From positions 98,580,001-98,644,000 of the forward strand of contig NC_043006.1 of NCBI RefSeq assembly GCF_006345805.1: a stretch of DNA of 64,000 nt, read 5' to 3'. The notes under the pieces are model-generated. The model did no database searches and was not told the DNA's origin. It saw only the letters and a list, made by a program, of their open reading frames with translations. This stretch comes from Octopus sinensis (Eukaryota). The translations under genes were made by a program, and so were the position numbers. This document shows, one piece after another, positions 37,853-52,082 of the stretch (the stretch's first letter is position 1; each line of letters starts with the position of its first letter).

Positions 37853-38488
37853 CAAATAACAGCAGTAAGTTTATTCAGCTGAATACACATCATTGATTGG
37901 GCGAAATTACCGAAATACGACAAATTTAACACGAAATAACTTTGAATATACAAATGTTTCTGAACAAAATTAAGAGTACAAGATGTTTTATATGACACAT
38001 TATACCAGTGTCCGAAGTTCGAATGTGCGTAGTTGCAAAAAATTAATTTCTCGATCTGCTGTTCGAAGATTAAAGATCCTACACCAACATATATATGCAA
38101 CCATATGCATGTACATATATACATATATACATACCAGCGCACACGCACGCACACACACGATGTACACATATACGTATTCGCAGACACGCGCGCAAACATA
38201 CACGTGCACAATTATATTCAAATACACGTCTAAAAACGCATATGCTATATATGCATATGTTCACTCACACTCGCATGAAGCACATGCATGTACACCCACA
38301 TATATATATGCAACCATACATATGTACATATATATATACTCACAGACACGCACACACACATACGTATATACTCATACGCGCACAAAAATGTTCATATGCA
38401 CGTCTTTATACGCACTTGCACAAGACAAATGCAGGGTGAAATGTAAAATACAGAAAAAAATATGTAAAAATATATCAAGCAATAAAAA

Positions 38489-38520
<32 letters not shown>

Positions 38521-38831
38521 GTGTGTGTATGTGTGTGTAAAAGTATTAAAATATATATATATAAATGTAGAGAGATAAAATGCGTGTACGCGGACAGAAT
38601 ATAAAAAGCAGGTTCTATCTGTGATCTTGGAGGATCAAAAACGTAACAAATATGTAGCCATATTTGGACATGATCCAGAAAGTTCAGTTCTTGAATTTTG
38701 ATATATAGCGTGGACTAAGCTGCTTTTCCAGATGAGCCATCTTTCGATATAGTTCTTTTGTCTTAATAACGGTCAACCACATAGTAATTTCCTTTTGTTT
38801 AACGATCATTTTCATAGCATTTTTTTGGCCT

Positions 38832-38897
38832 TCATAACTGACGAGATGCCGGAGCAGGTTTCCGAACCGACATCCGAAACTCAGAATTTTATTATGG
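38832..38897 (+). ncRNA. Degenerate type I hammerhead motif
   Basis: TCATAA CTGACGA GATGCCGG...CCGACATC C GAAA CTCAGAATTT TA TTATGG. Stems I and II are recognisable; the stem II base and stem III are imperfect. Confidence 0.45.
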
Positions 38898-38989
38898 CGA
38901 CCAAATAATTCTCACAAATTACATTACAGAAAAATTCTATATATATAACACACACACACGCGCGCGCACACATACACACACACACATAC

Positions 38990-39038
<49 letters not shown>

Positions 39039-39043
39039 AAGAT

Positions 39044-39910
39044 AAGCGTAGTTCTGGGATTAAGGTGTTGCATACACGATCACTCGATCACGGGTTCGTC
39101 CCTCGGGCCGACTTAGATAGCCGAATAAAGACAGAGGAAGACCGAGATCGCTACAGCTTTTGATCTAAGCGTGTCATAAGGTGTAGTTAGAGATAAACAT
39201 GCATTTCTATCAAACACACACAAACGTATACACAGACATGCACGCCAGTATTTACGTTCACTTTCAGAAGCAAGCACGCACCCACGCGTTTATACAGAAA
39301 CAGTAGAACGTACATACTCATACATGCAAACACACAAACACACACCAATGTACGTATAGCCTTCTCTCTCCCATGTCCACGCAACCAAACCTCCGCCAGC
39401 AATGCAGTGTTGCAACTACACTACTATATATCTGTAACCTACTCAATTATACATGCGTCTTAAGCACGTTCCAACAAGACACGGGTATATAGCAGGCACT
39501 AACACAAACCGGTTCGCATGTACACACACTCACGCACACAAATATGACGCACATACACGCTCATAGAACCAATTACACATGAATAGTTACTCTTTTATAT
39601 ATCTGGTATACACATTTACACACAGACACTCACTCACACACACACACAGACACACATCGGCCTTGTACCTCCCAGCTCCCCGCCATCAAGGCACCACCAG
39701 CTTCCGTCCAGTTATGCTGTCCAAGAAACCTTTCATACGAACCTGGTGTGAGTGAGTTACCGACCTTATCTCTAACTACACCATATGACACGGTTACACC
39801 AAAAGCTGTAGCGATCTCGGTCTTCCTGTGTCTTTATTCGGCTATCTAAGTCGGCCCGAGGAACGAACCCGTGATCGTGTATGCAACACCTTAATCCCAG
39901 AACTACGCTT
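39044..39910. repeat. Inverted repeat, ~150-bp arms (39044-39196 and 39766-39910), ~570-bp spacer
   Basis: Arms are reverse complements with small indels. Mirrored (CA)n(TA)n lies outside. Confidence 0.88.
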
Positions 39911-40067
39911 CTCTTCATATATATAGACATGTGTGTGTGTGTGTGTGTGTGTGCGTATGTGTGTGTGTGTGTGTGTGTGTGCGCGTGTGTGTGTGTGTTT
40001 GGGTGCATGTATGTGTGTATCTGTCTATTTCTCTCTCTTTCGAAAGGCACAATAATATACAAACATG

Positions 40068-40096
<29 letters not shown>

Positions 40097-40102
<6 letters not shown>

Positions 40103-40451
40103 TAATAAATAAAATATATGCATACATACAAACATATATGTACGTACCTACATCTACATGTATATATACATGCATATATAAATATATATACGTGTGTACA
40201 GGACACCACAAATAGACGTAGAACTCAACGAGAAACGAAAACGTAAAAACAGCATGGAACGGACCATTCCTTTAACAAGGACGGCTGATGAAGGGGATTT
40301 TTCCTTGTGTAGTTGTCTTGTACTCTGTTTTTTCGTTTGTGGTGTCCTGTACACACGTATATATATTTATATATGCATGTATATATACATGTAGATGTAG
40401 GTACGTACATATATGTTTGTATGTATGCATATATTTTATTTATTACACTAT
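40097..40451. repeat. Perfect 116-bp inverted repeat (40097-40212 and 40336-40451), 123-bp spacer
   Basis: Checked base by base; no mismatch found. Confidence 0.92.
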
Positions 40452-40527
40452 TGTATGACTGAGCGCCTTCGCGTCGATTCGATTCGATTCGTTTCGTTTC
40501 ATTTCGTTTCTTCTTCTTCTCTAAGCT

Positions 40528-40568
<41 letters not shown>

Positions 40569-40601
40569 TATATATATATAATATATATATATATATACAT
40601 G

Positions 40602-40633
<32 letters not shown>

Positions 40634-41411
40634 CATGCATGTATATATATGTATGTACATATATATATACATATATATATACGTATATGTTTATATATAC
40701 ATATATAAATGTATGTATATACGTATACGACGCAATACTAATATCTGTTGTCTGCTTATAAATATCCATAGACACTCATACACACTCACGCTAGGATGCA
40801 ATCAACAGAGAGACAGGGGCACACACAACACACATCTATATCCCCCCAGAAGTAGAATACTAAAATAAAGTTCATGCCGTAAATCGTTTCATTACGTTAA
40901 TGGTAATGGTAGCAATTTTAAGATACACGGTAGTCTCTCCGGTACATTCCTATTAGAAAACACATCATACTATATAATTAAATTCAAAGACAATTTGTGG
41001 AATATCTTGTAATTACTGCCAGTATTGTCTTTTATAGGAAATGCACTTATACAATAGAACAATATGTCTGGAATCTAGAAATTATAGATATTTATTAGAT
41101 TTTGTATGTATTTCTCAAAAGTGTTAATGCAATTTATTGTTGCAAACATCTTTCTTTTTTCTTTGTCTGAAATTTTCACATCTATATGTTAGTCTGCACA
41201 ATTATGCACTTTGATTTGGCGCACATGAGGATTTATCTACATATGTGGATGCAATTACAAGTATATCCACGACTGACATGTATTCAGACGCGGAGTGAAG
41301 GCGTTTGTGTTAGAAATTATTAAATATTATAGTTTATGTCCACATACATCGTTACACAAAAACGTACCTAAACATGCATTTACATATATACGTATCTCTC
41401 TCTCTCTCTAA

Positions 41412-41458
<47 letters not shown>

Positions 41459-41714
41459 CCTTATAAACAATGGCAAAAGCAATTATTTCCCTGTAAATAT
41501 GCTGATAACAGACTTTTAAGTCGTCAAGTTCCACATATTATACTCACTACAGAAATACGTTGTACTGAAATCAGGAAGCTAGTCAATAGAATTTTTTTTA
41601 ATGTTTGTTTAAAAAAAAATATTTATGATTTTAACCTTTAAATGTATTTTAATATGCTGCCACTTTTTGATGAATTTCTTTCAGTAAAAAAAAAAAAATT
41701 CATCCTATATATAT

Positions 41715-41872
41715 ATAGGCATAGGTGTGGCTGCGTGGTAAGATACTTACTTCCCAAATTCAGGGTTCAGTTTCACTGCGTGGCACCATGACCATGTGTC
41801 TTTTGCTATAGCATCGGGCCGACCAAAGCTCTGCGAGTGGATTTTGTAGACGGAAACTGAATGAAGCCTGTC

Positions 41873-41919
<47 letters not shown>

Positions 41920-42100
41920 AGTGTGTATGTGTTTGTGTGCCTTTTCCCCCTCGATTCCGTTTGACAACCGATGTTGATATCTTTTTGTCCCCGTAACTTA
42001 ACGGTTCAGCAAAAGAGAACGGATAGAATATTTTATTGATTTGATAGACTAAAGGCGGTACTCCAGCATGGCCACATTCAAATGACTGGAGCAAATAAAA
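41715..42100 (+). mobile_element. tRNA-derived SINE S3
   Basis: Homologous to 19089-19478, with an internal (TA)n(TG)n. Confidence 0.82.
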
Positions 42101-43200
42101 AATTTATATGAAATTGAACATGTGTCAGTGCGTGCGTGTGTGTGTGTGTCTGTTTGTGTATTTATGCATGTATATGAGTGTGGGTGTGCGCGCGTAATTT
42201 TATTTCAAAACACTTCATATTCGGCTTAGAAAGTGTAGCTCCGGAAGAATTTATAGAATGTGTCTCATTGTAGTTTATCGCTCGAGAAGATTCTCAAGTT
42301 ACTTTTGAAGTTATTCCTTGTAGGAAGCAAAAATTGAAAAGAGAAGGCATGAATATAAATACGGTAATAAAAGAGAGATGCACAGATAGAGAGAGGGAGA
42401 TAAGTGGCGAGAGAGAATGTGATTATGCACGGGAATAGTAAAACACATATACATATTCATTGAATAATTTGTGAAAAGATGTCATGGTGATGATGAGAGA
42501 CAGTGTTAGAGAGGAGTGTGTTCCATGAAAGAACCAAGAAGGAAGTGTAGGTGGGTATGTTGGTACCAATGTGAGAGTTTAAGTATGTCGCTTAGTGTAA
42601 GGTGATATGCAGCTTCTTGTGAGTTTGGCGATGTTTGCGTATGAATAATTGTATACACATATTTTTTTTTTGATTTGGTTAAGAAGAATTTCGGGACTTG
42701 TGAGCGTCTCTGTAATTGCAGGGACAGTTATGAACGTGCTTGCTGATCCTGCGGTGTAAGATGGTATGGAGGGGATAAATTTGTGTAAATGAATTTGAAG
42801 GCGTGCCTGCGTAACTGAAATGTGTTTTCCATCAGAGAAGAGCGCTCTTGTCCTGACGTTTGTAAATGAAATATTTCTGATATGTATTTGTGTTTGTGTC
42901 CTTACAATAGTAAAAACAAAAATTACGAAGTGGCAAAGAGGTCTAGAACATATTGAATATGGAGTGAAAGTCCAAGATGTTGAAAGCTCAATAGCCTAAC
43001 ACCGAATATGAAACACACAAAATAATTTCGAGGGCAAATATGTTTGGCTGTTGGACATACAGAAGATAACCGAAAGCGATTACAAATATGTTAGAAGTTT
43101 AAAATTGTAATCCAGTTAAACTTAGTTGCTAGCATATTTTGAATCGAATTCATTCTTCATCTATACTCGGTATTATTCATTGCTGCATTAGGTTCATTAT

Positions 43201-43523
43201 GTGAGGGCGCGTGGCTTAGTGGTTAGGGCATTCGGCTCATGATCGTAAGGTTGTGAGTTCGATTCCCGGCGACGCGTTGTGTCCTTGAGCAAGACACTTT
43301 ATTTCACGTTGCTCCAGTCCACTCAGCTGGCAAAAATGAGTTGTACTTGTATTTCAAAGGGTCAGCCTTGTCACTCTCTGTGTCACGCTGATTATCCCCG
43401 AGAACTACGTTAAGGGTACACGTGTCTGTGGAATGCTCAGCCATTTGCACGTTAATTTCACGAGCAAGCTGTTCCGTTGATCGTATCAGCTGGGACCCTC
43501 GTCGTCGTAACCGGCGGAGTCTT
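43201..43523 (+). mobile_element. tRNA-derived SINE S2b (different head, same tail as S2a)
   Basis: A-box tggcttagtggttagg and B-box gagttcgattcc. The 3' half matches 5303-5490. Confidence 0.87.
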
Positions 43524-44036
43524 TAAGGTTCATTATAAATAGAATTTCAAAAATGATTTAACCACGTCTTTCAATGGCTAACAATGGAAATGAAACGGCG
43601 TCTCCCTCACATCACTTGAGAAATTACTCAAATAATTAGGTTTCATATCTTAGAAAATAAATTTCAGACATAACTATAATTTGTTCGGGAATAAGCAAAA
43701 TTGTGTATTCTGTATTAGGTGCTATCTTATATGGAGATGGTACACACATTTCCCAGTGATAAGCTAACAGTTTCATCTATTGAAATATATAGCTATTTTA
43801 TGCACCTTTCTTGGGCTGCCAGAAGGAATCAATAGATATGTTGTGACATTGCTTAATTCTGTACAATTGCCTGGCCACCAATCAGCAAACATCTTTTTAG
43901 CTAATAAAATTATGAATTCATCTTTTTGTGCATGTTCCCTGTTCTCACATGATTTGGGGAACTCCTCTATCTATTGCTCCTTAGAAACTTACATACACGC
44001 ATGTATGCACTTACATACTTGAATGTATATATATAC

Positions 44037-44068
<32 letters not shown>

Positions 44069-45046
44069 CTGTCTGTGTGTGTTTGTATATGTGTGTGTGA
44101 TATACATGTATGTACATGAATGAATATATATATATGTGGTTGTATTTTGAGATGGTCATACATTTATTTATTGTTTTAGTCAAATAATCACACGCACTAT
44201 ATATTCGTTCTTCCCTCGTTTCTTACCGTTCTTATTGTAACTCATGTCCATTGTCCGGAAATCTTTCGTCACACATCTGTGACCTCTTCCGTGATACTTT
44301 CCGTCTTTGTGTTTGCTCTTGCTCTGCTTATTCTATTCTGTTCTTTATAAAAGAGAAATAGGATCAACAAAAGCAAGGCAAGACGAGTATCTCAAGTAAT
44401 TTAAAATATTCAATTTGAGTTTAGAATAAGGGGAATTTGAAATAATTAATTAATTAATTAATTAATTATTGAATGTCTTACACCTGTAACGGGGATATCC
44501 CAAGCGATATGTTAGCATCTCCATATACTGGGTATCTCGTGATCAGAGACAATGTGAGCACGTAGGAAAGTTCTAGACTGAGAATTCACGGCCTATAAAA
44601 TAATAAAACAGTAGATAAAAGAATACAGACAATACACACACATGCACACACACATACACGCACGCACGCACACATACACACACACACATACATATGTATA
44701 TAGTAGCCTACCGGAGAACAGGTATATCACTCATATTTAGAATGTATGCTTGATACTGTTCACAATTTGAATTTATTCTAATGTACTTACGTATATATTG
44801 TCAAGACATACCGGCAAATGACATGTAGATTATTTGTATATAGTGAAGGACCGGTAATTCAGTTCGCCTAATATTCTGTTCAGGTCTGTATTTTTCATAA
44901 GCTACAAAAATGGCAAAACATCGATGTCCGTCTCTCTTGAATGGTATTTGGGGTGATGTGTCTTAACACGCCGTGCTTTGAAAGAGTCACCTGAAAGAGT
45001 CACGCTATTTCGCACTCTAACGGTGAACAAGCTGTATACGTAGTAT

Positions 45047-45104
<58 letters not shown>

Positions 45105-47111
45105 CTGTGTGCGTGTATGTATATATTCTTGCACAATATACTTACTCACATGCAAAAAATAAAGTCAAATGCAAAGAAAATTCCTAGAAAGTTATTCTCC
45201 AGCGAGAAATTACATACTAAAAGCGGAAGCAAAAGCAGAATATATGAGGTCTCTTTAACAGCAGAATTTCCTTTACTATTATGAAACCCGCATTTTATAC
45301 ACTCAATTTAACATGACATTTTACTGAAATAGGTCAATTCACCAGCTGTATGGTGATTGTATATGATGGATAAAACGAAGCATGCGCATGACAAGCGAAG
45401 CTTGCCGCGAGGATACAGAAATACCATTCCTCGATAAGAAACTATTATTGCACTAAGTGATTATTTAGATTTATTAGAACCAAATAAATACCCACAATTT
45501 TCCCATTTCACATTTGTTATATCATAATTGCACAACAATCACGAAAAATAAAGAGAATAGGTTTAATATGTTTTTCAAAACTAAACACTACGACTAAATC
45601 AGCTACAAAGCGCCTAAACAGAGCTTTATCATTTGACGTGATTATCATTCATGCAGTAACATGTACTATTGTACATGTATGCGGATTTAGCAGAGACCTA
45701 ACTATATCACATGCCTGTCTGTATTCCCATTTTCAAACAATCGCATTGGGATTAAATCGAAGCATCAGAAATATCGAAACGGTTCTCTGTAATACTATGT
45801 CGACGATCCAGGTCTTTAAATCACACGGATAATCTGGAAAGCCTTGAAATTATGCGACTGATGTAGCTAATATAACTGAATCCTTTAAAAATTGCCAACC
45901 ACGTTTTAAAATTCATTTCTAAATAGTGCTACTCGTGTCAAAAATCATATTCCTTTATAAATAATGATTAGTGGCGCTTGTAATCATTATTAATTTAACA
46001 GTGTTTGTTGGCGCGTATATCCTCTATTTCAACTATGGAAACTTTATTTTGCACATTATATGTTTAAAATGCGCAACTATATTTTTAAATTAACATCTAT
46101 ATTATAAAACAATATTTCACATGTCAATGTCACAAGCAATTGATATTCAACTGAATTACTTTATCATCAAATGTGTCGCTGCGATCTAGCTTAGTAGAAG
46201 CTCCAGTCATCTGTGATAAGAACGATTAGAAGAACAAAGGAAGAGCAGCCTGTATATAGAGTCGAATCAACAAATATTGGTGGTAAACAATGCCAAGAAG
46301 AATATAGCATATTCTCATTCTACAATTAGTGACATCTATCAAAAGCGGAATATTCGTTGTATTATGAAATTATTATTCACATACAAGGAATAAACCGTTA
46401 ATACAATACGATGCATCATCACTGCTCACTTTAGCCATAGCTGTGTGAAGTTCAAGTCGAAAACTGGTAGAAGCTCATCAGTAGAGTGTTCAAGCTACAC
46501 AGTTGGCTTTCGTTTGAGAAACACACTCATTTTGGCATTCATTGTGATATCGAAACGCAAGTTCATGGGGGTCATGCCTTGCAGAATTTTAAGACTCGTA
46601 TGGATATCGACGAATAAATTCTACATGAAATATTGGCAGAGGGATTGCAAAGGTACAGGTCGAATATATTAGGTAATTTCGTTACGAATATGTTGAAAGA
46701 TTTACTTAAGCTCTGCAAATAAGTGGATACTTCTCGATAAAAGTGGCATCATAGAGTGATAATTTACAATGTAATTTTCTCTAAAGATAACTGTTGCTAT
46801 TATATGGAATATTCTTTTCCTGGTAAAACTCGTCTAGCATGATGATCGATGTGCTTGTTATATATTTTGGAAAAATGCTTTACTATTAAAGACAGCGCTT
46901 ACAGATGCCGAGAAAACTTATTTTATCCACTCTAATGATGTTATTTTGTGGTGAACCTCCCGAAGGATTATCTGATCTAACTGAACGCGATCTTCCTTCA
47001 GGAAAACTTGACACTAAATTAATTGTTGCTTCACATTAATTTCTTTTGAACGCCTCTAAAGATGTCAGTTCTTCATTCTCAAACAGCAAGTAAGAAAAAA
47101 GTTGAATAAAT

Positions 47112-47330
47112 AATCCTTTCTACTCTAGGAACAAGGCCCGAAATTTTGGGGTATGGAGGCCAATCGATTAGATTGATCCCAATATACAACTTGTACTTAA
47201 TTTATCGACCTTGAACGGACGGAAGGTAAAGTTGACCTCAGCGGGATTTGAACTCGGAACATAAAGACAGACGAAATACCAGTATGCATTTCACCTGGTG
47301 TGCTAACGTTTATGCCAGCTCACCGACTTA
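47112..47330 (-). mobile_element. SINE S1, nearly complete
   Basis: Reverse complement of the 4727-4920 family, including gatttgaactcg. Confidence 0.85.
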
Positions 47331-47779
47331 GTTTGAATAAATAAGAACGAAATATTTTTTTGACATATAACATCGGGAATATTAATAAATACTATATTCA
47401 CAAGAATGAACCAGACAAAGATCAGATATAATTAAATATAATATGTATGAACTTAGAAACAGGCTCTGAATTTATTGTGTAACATCTCAGTAAAGGACCT
47501 CTGCTACATTAATTCTGTTAGAGTTTGGAAAAAAATCAATCGAGTGACAAATATTGAGCGCAATGAAAATTAGCGTCAATCTATTGACAAACTCTAATAA
47601 GACTTTATAAACTTGTACAGCGAACGAACAGTAGTTTTATCCAATTCATAATTGAGACATAAAATGACGCTGACAAAATTATAATGATTGTCGCTCCTGA
47701 TTGTCTTTCTACTCTTCCGTACCGCGTACACAAGTGTGGAATTCGAAACACCATTCTCAACAGAGTAGAACTGCATGCT

Positions 47780-47831
<52 letters not shown>

Positions 47832-47934
47832 AATGTATTTGTATCTGTATATATATATATATATATATATACATTTATATATTTATATATATGTGGGGGG
47901 GGGCAAATGGGTATATATTTTGGCACATGGACAG

Positions 47935-48060
47935 CAATTTCGGGAAACCGAACGTCGATTACATGGACCTGCATGGAATTTGAACCCAGAATGTAAAGAT
48001 TGACAAAATGCCGTTAAGCGTTATCCCCGGTACAGTAACAAACATGCCAGTTCGCCGGCC
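47935..48060 (-). mobile_element. Decayed, internally deleted S1 SINE
   Basis: ggaatttgaacccagaatgtaaag...atgccagttcgccg. Confidence 0.65.
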
Positions 48061-49899
48061 TTTGTATCTATGTAGGTAGTCTTTATATTTCTCTCCTGGC
48101 TATTACATTCATTGATCTATTTTAGACTACGAATGCAATTTGCTGTGGGAGAATGTGTTTCACATTCACCTGTCTGATAAAAACTCTAAATCTTTTCTCG
48201 TACATCAGACTAAAATTACTACAGTCTTTCTTGTTATCTTTCCTTAATCTTCCCATTCTGCTCCATCTGGTTGTCTTCTTTTGTATGAGTGACTGTTTTC
48301 CTCTTCCATTTTACTTCCCATTTTCTAAGGATTCAATACGTTTCATTGGCATATAAACACTTGAAAATACACACATAAATTCCATCATTAACATATACAT
48401 ACACACATATACATGCAACATACATACATAACATCACATAGCGCACATTACAGTTCATAGACACGCGCGGTGATACATGAAAATATGTGGATGCACACAC
48501 CAATACAGGCATCTATATATCACCTAGAATGTTCTCATAAGATAAGAAATGCTCTGACATCAATTGTTCAGTATTTTATTGAAATTCGTCTGTTTGTTAT
48601 ATTCCGGCTTTCTAGTGACCTGATGGGTTGTTGTGATTGAGCGAAAATGATGAAACAGCGTTATCAGTTGATGTAATCGACATAACCGTCTCTTTCTTCC
48701 ACGCCGCTTACATCTTCCTGGCAGCTACATCGGCCAAGAGAATTACTGTCATTCACACACGGTTTTCTCACATACATCTTTTTTGTGTGTTTTCTCATCT
48801 TAATCCCGTGCTTTTCAATCAAATTCCAAACAGTGTATAAATGAATTAGATGGAGAATCGAACCATTGCCAATTTATATTTAATCAATTCTATTTTTACG
48901 CGAGAACATACGGCAGCTAATTCTTCCTCGCCTCAGCTAAATTCCGATTTCATTTTCCGAAATGTCGACGGCAAAAAGCAACTGAAAAATTGGTTTAGGA
49001 TAAAGTAAATTATAGTATGGAAGGATATTAGAGACCAACATAACGTAACTCTGAAATGATTTACTGCAAGGCTTTGAAGACATTGCGTTATAATAGATAT
49101 CTTAAAGATAGATGCAAGCAATTCTGAGTAAAGAATATCAACATGTTCATTATATATAGTATGTAGTGTAAAGGAAAAAACCAAAACCAAAAAAAAAACA
49201 CAAGAAAATCAGTTTCAAATGATGAATTACGAAACTCAATAGACGATTTTCAGCAAACCCCAGAACTTCCTTAGCGCCATTTGTGCGTTTTGATGGTTTA
49301 GCTTCTCGGCTTAGCTAGAACTAGGGTGGATTCTGATGGGAATATGTAGCAAACTGTCACATACTCTCAGAAGAGCAGAAAATGACGTAAATATTATGGA
49401 AGAGTTCCAAGGAATATCCAATATAAATGTTTTTTTCAGGCCTTATTAACAGTGAGTAAACTTTTGCTAATCTGTATAGAAAGCTTGCTCACCACGGGGC
49501 CTATTTCACATAATTTTGCACGTGTACTTCAAATAACATTAATTGGATTTTGTATCTTTACCACGCTTTGGTAGTAAGTAGCTTAGTTGTGGCCATTCCG
49601 AAGCATATATGTGTTTGTGTGTGTATGTGGGTGTGGTTGCGTCTGTGAGTTTCTGTGTGTGTGAGTATATATATGTATGTGTGTATGTGTGTGTGTGTAA
49701 TTAGGTATGCATGTTCTTTTTCTCCTTTTAATTCAGCAGGAGTTTTGGCCGGGCACCTCTTTGCAAGCAAGGTTATGAAGGAAAGCATCTTATTTGTTCA
49801 TCATACTTTGAATATTAAAAAGGTCCTGCAGGTGTTGATAGTCCCAAGTATCGTGATTAATTTTAGTGTTTAAATTAAGGATTTGCGCCCCCTCTCTAA

Positions 49900-50350
49900 A
49901 AACACAAATGCAGCTATGCCTTTCCCCAAAGTTTCCCTAATAGTAATCAGTATGAACTGAAAATATATTTTGGGTACTGGTTTTGCAAACTTCTTACCAG
50001 ATATTCATTTATCTCCTTTTTCTATTTTTCTTTTCCTTTAACACATAAGTATCAAGAGGACACTTGATTTCCACAATATGACATATTTTTTCTTTGGTGT
50101 CTGCAATAACAATACCTAACCAATATTCTGCCGACGCACTGACCTCCAATTAGTCAACTTCGTCTGTAGGTGTTTTCTTTCTTATCCTGTCCCAGGCTCA
50201 TCTGGCTATTTCATAATGCTTCACGAAGATAATATCTGGAATACATTCTCTCACAATTGGCAAGAATGTGGTTCACGACTTATGTCTTCGTCTCGCACAA
50301 CCCACATTTGTTGCCCGCTACTGTTTACAGCATTCTGGCTAGCAGCCACT
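49900..50350 (-). mobile_element. Ancient RLE-type LINE 3' relic (zinc finger and RLE)
   Basis: Minus-strand scraps in order: KCGLCETKT*VVNHILANC, GIVIADTKEKICHIVEIKCPLDTYVLKEK, LQNQYPKY...ILITIRETLG. Confidence 0.55.
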
Positions 50351-50918
50351 TAATTGCGATGCATAATGAAGCACTCACACTAATATGGAACTAAGAAGGA
50401 AGGTTCAAATGCGTAAATATTAGCAGTAATCTTAAACAGTATAATACGAATATTATATGAAGAAACTGTTACCTAATAAGCGTGTGGAGATGTAGATATG
50501 TTGTGATGCAGTAATAAAGCCTAGAGAGAGGGAGAGAATTGGGGAGAGAGAAACTAAGAGATACATCGATAGATACATTCATACATACATACATACATAC
50601 ATAAATGCATACATACATACATATATGCATGCACATATGCATAGATTATGTGTGACTATACCTATTCTACTTGTAGATTTTCCTGCATCATGATCGCATG
50701 CGTTTAAACTTATCATGCCACCTTGATGAAGGAGGCTCCGGATTTTATGGATGGTTGTTTGCTTTCAATGCTGGCTGTGAAATTTTAATGAACTACAACT
50801 AGCAACATTAAGAAGTAACTTCGAACCCTTCGAAAGAGCTGGCGGATTTGAAACATCCTCTCACCACGAATTCTTTAAGTCCTTGTAACCTAAGTAAGTT
50901 TGCTCTACTAATATACAT

Positions 50919-50966
<48 letters not shown>

Positions 50967-50970
50967 GTAA

Positions 50971-51003
<33 letters not shown>

Positions 51004-51158
51004 CATATAAATATATACGTGTATGTATATATATACATACATATATATATATATGTATATATATATAAATATACACACATACATAATGTATATATATATA
51101 AACATATATATATGTACATACATACATAATATATCTATGTCCCTATCTCTCTATCCAT

Positions 51159-51196
<38 letters not shown>

Positions 51197-51201
51197 ATAT
51201 A

Positions 51202-51249
<48 letters not shown>

Positions 51250-51503
51250 ATAGTAATGCAATACGAGAGTATTGCTTTCCAGTAAAGAATAGCCCGTGAG
51301 GGTAAAATTATACATACAAGTAAATAAATGATACAACGAAGTATCGATATTTACTGGAAAATAGCGAACGTAATAAATACGACGCTAATGTATAGCTTCA
51401 CTGCGTATGTACTAGTAAAAATGCGTGTGTGTAACAAACATGAAAAAAATTGTCTTACCTCTAGGAAGAACATCTGAAAAATGAAAAACCTAGATAACGG
51501 ATA

Positions 51504-51576
51504 ATGCAGTACCGGTTTCGGATTTTTCAAAATACGAATGCCAATCGTATAATTGATTTATCCTCTTCAGCTGCAT
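51504..51576 (-). ncRNA. Type I hammerhead ribozyme motif (left arm, canonical)
   Basis: Minus strand: ATGCAG CTGAAGA GGAT...ATCC GAAA CCGG TA CTGCAT. 6-bp stem I, palindromic ACCGGT stem III, GTA triplet. Confidence 0.82.
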
Positions 51577-51818
51577 AAACCTCAACAATATTTCAAATGT
51601 TGCCACATCTATACCATTACACTCGTCTGAATGCCAAAACGTTAACAGAGCGAGAACAGTGAAGAAGTTTCAATGAAAATAGTAATGCAATACGAGAGAA
51701 TTGCTTTCCAGTAAATAATAGCCCGTGAGGGTAAAATTATACATAAAAGTTAACATTTTGGTGTTCAGACGAGTGTAATGGTATAGATGTGGCAACATTT
51801 GAAATATTGTTGAGGTTT

Positions 51819-51891
51819 ATGCAGCTGAAGAGGATAAATCAATTATACGATTGGCATTCGTATTTTGAAAAATCCGAAACCAGTACTGCAT
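51819..51891 (+). ncRNA. Type I hammerhead ribozyme motif (right arm)
   Basis: ATGCAG CTGAAGA GGAT aaa TCAA tt ATACGA ttggcat TCGTAT t TTGA aaa ATCC GAAA CCAG TA CTGCAT. Predicted cleavage after A51885. Confidence 0.78.
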
Positions 51892-52082
51892 TATCCGTTA
51901 TCTAGGTTTTTCATTTTTCAGATGTTCTTCCTAGAGGTAAGACATTTTTTTTCATGTTTGTTACACACACGCATTTTTACTAGTACATACGCAGTGAAGC
52001 TATACATTAGCGTCGTATTTATTACGTTCGCTATTTTCCAGTAAATATCGATACTTCGTCGTATCATTTATTTACTTTTATG

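Noticed and set aside
40283-40320. CTGATGA-AGGGG hammerhead-like start in the 116-bp IR spacer
   Set aside because: No GAAA after stem II and no stem I partner; type II and type III permutations also fail.
46440-46500. CTGATGA on the minus strand (also 57290-57320)
   Set aside because: No correctly spaced stem II plus GAAA.
50715-50765. TTGATGAAGGAGGCTCCG motif
   Set aside because: C3 and GAAA are missing and the stem II loop is sterically impossible.
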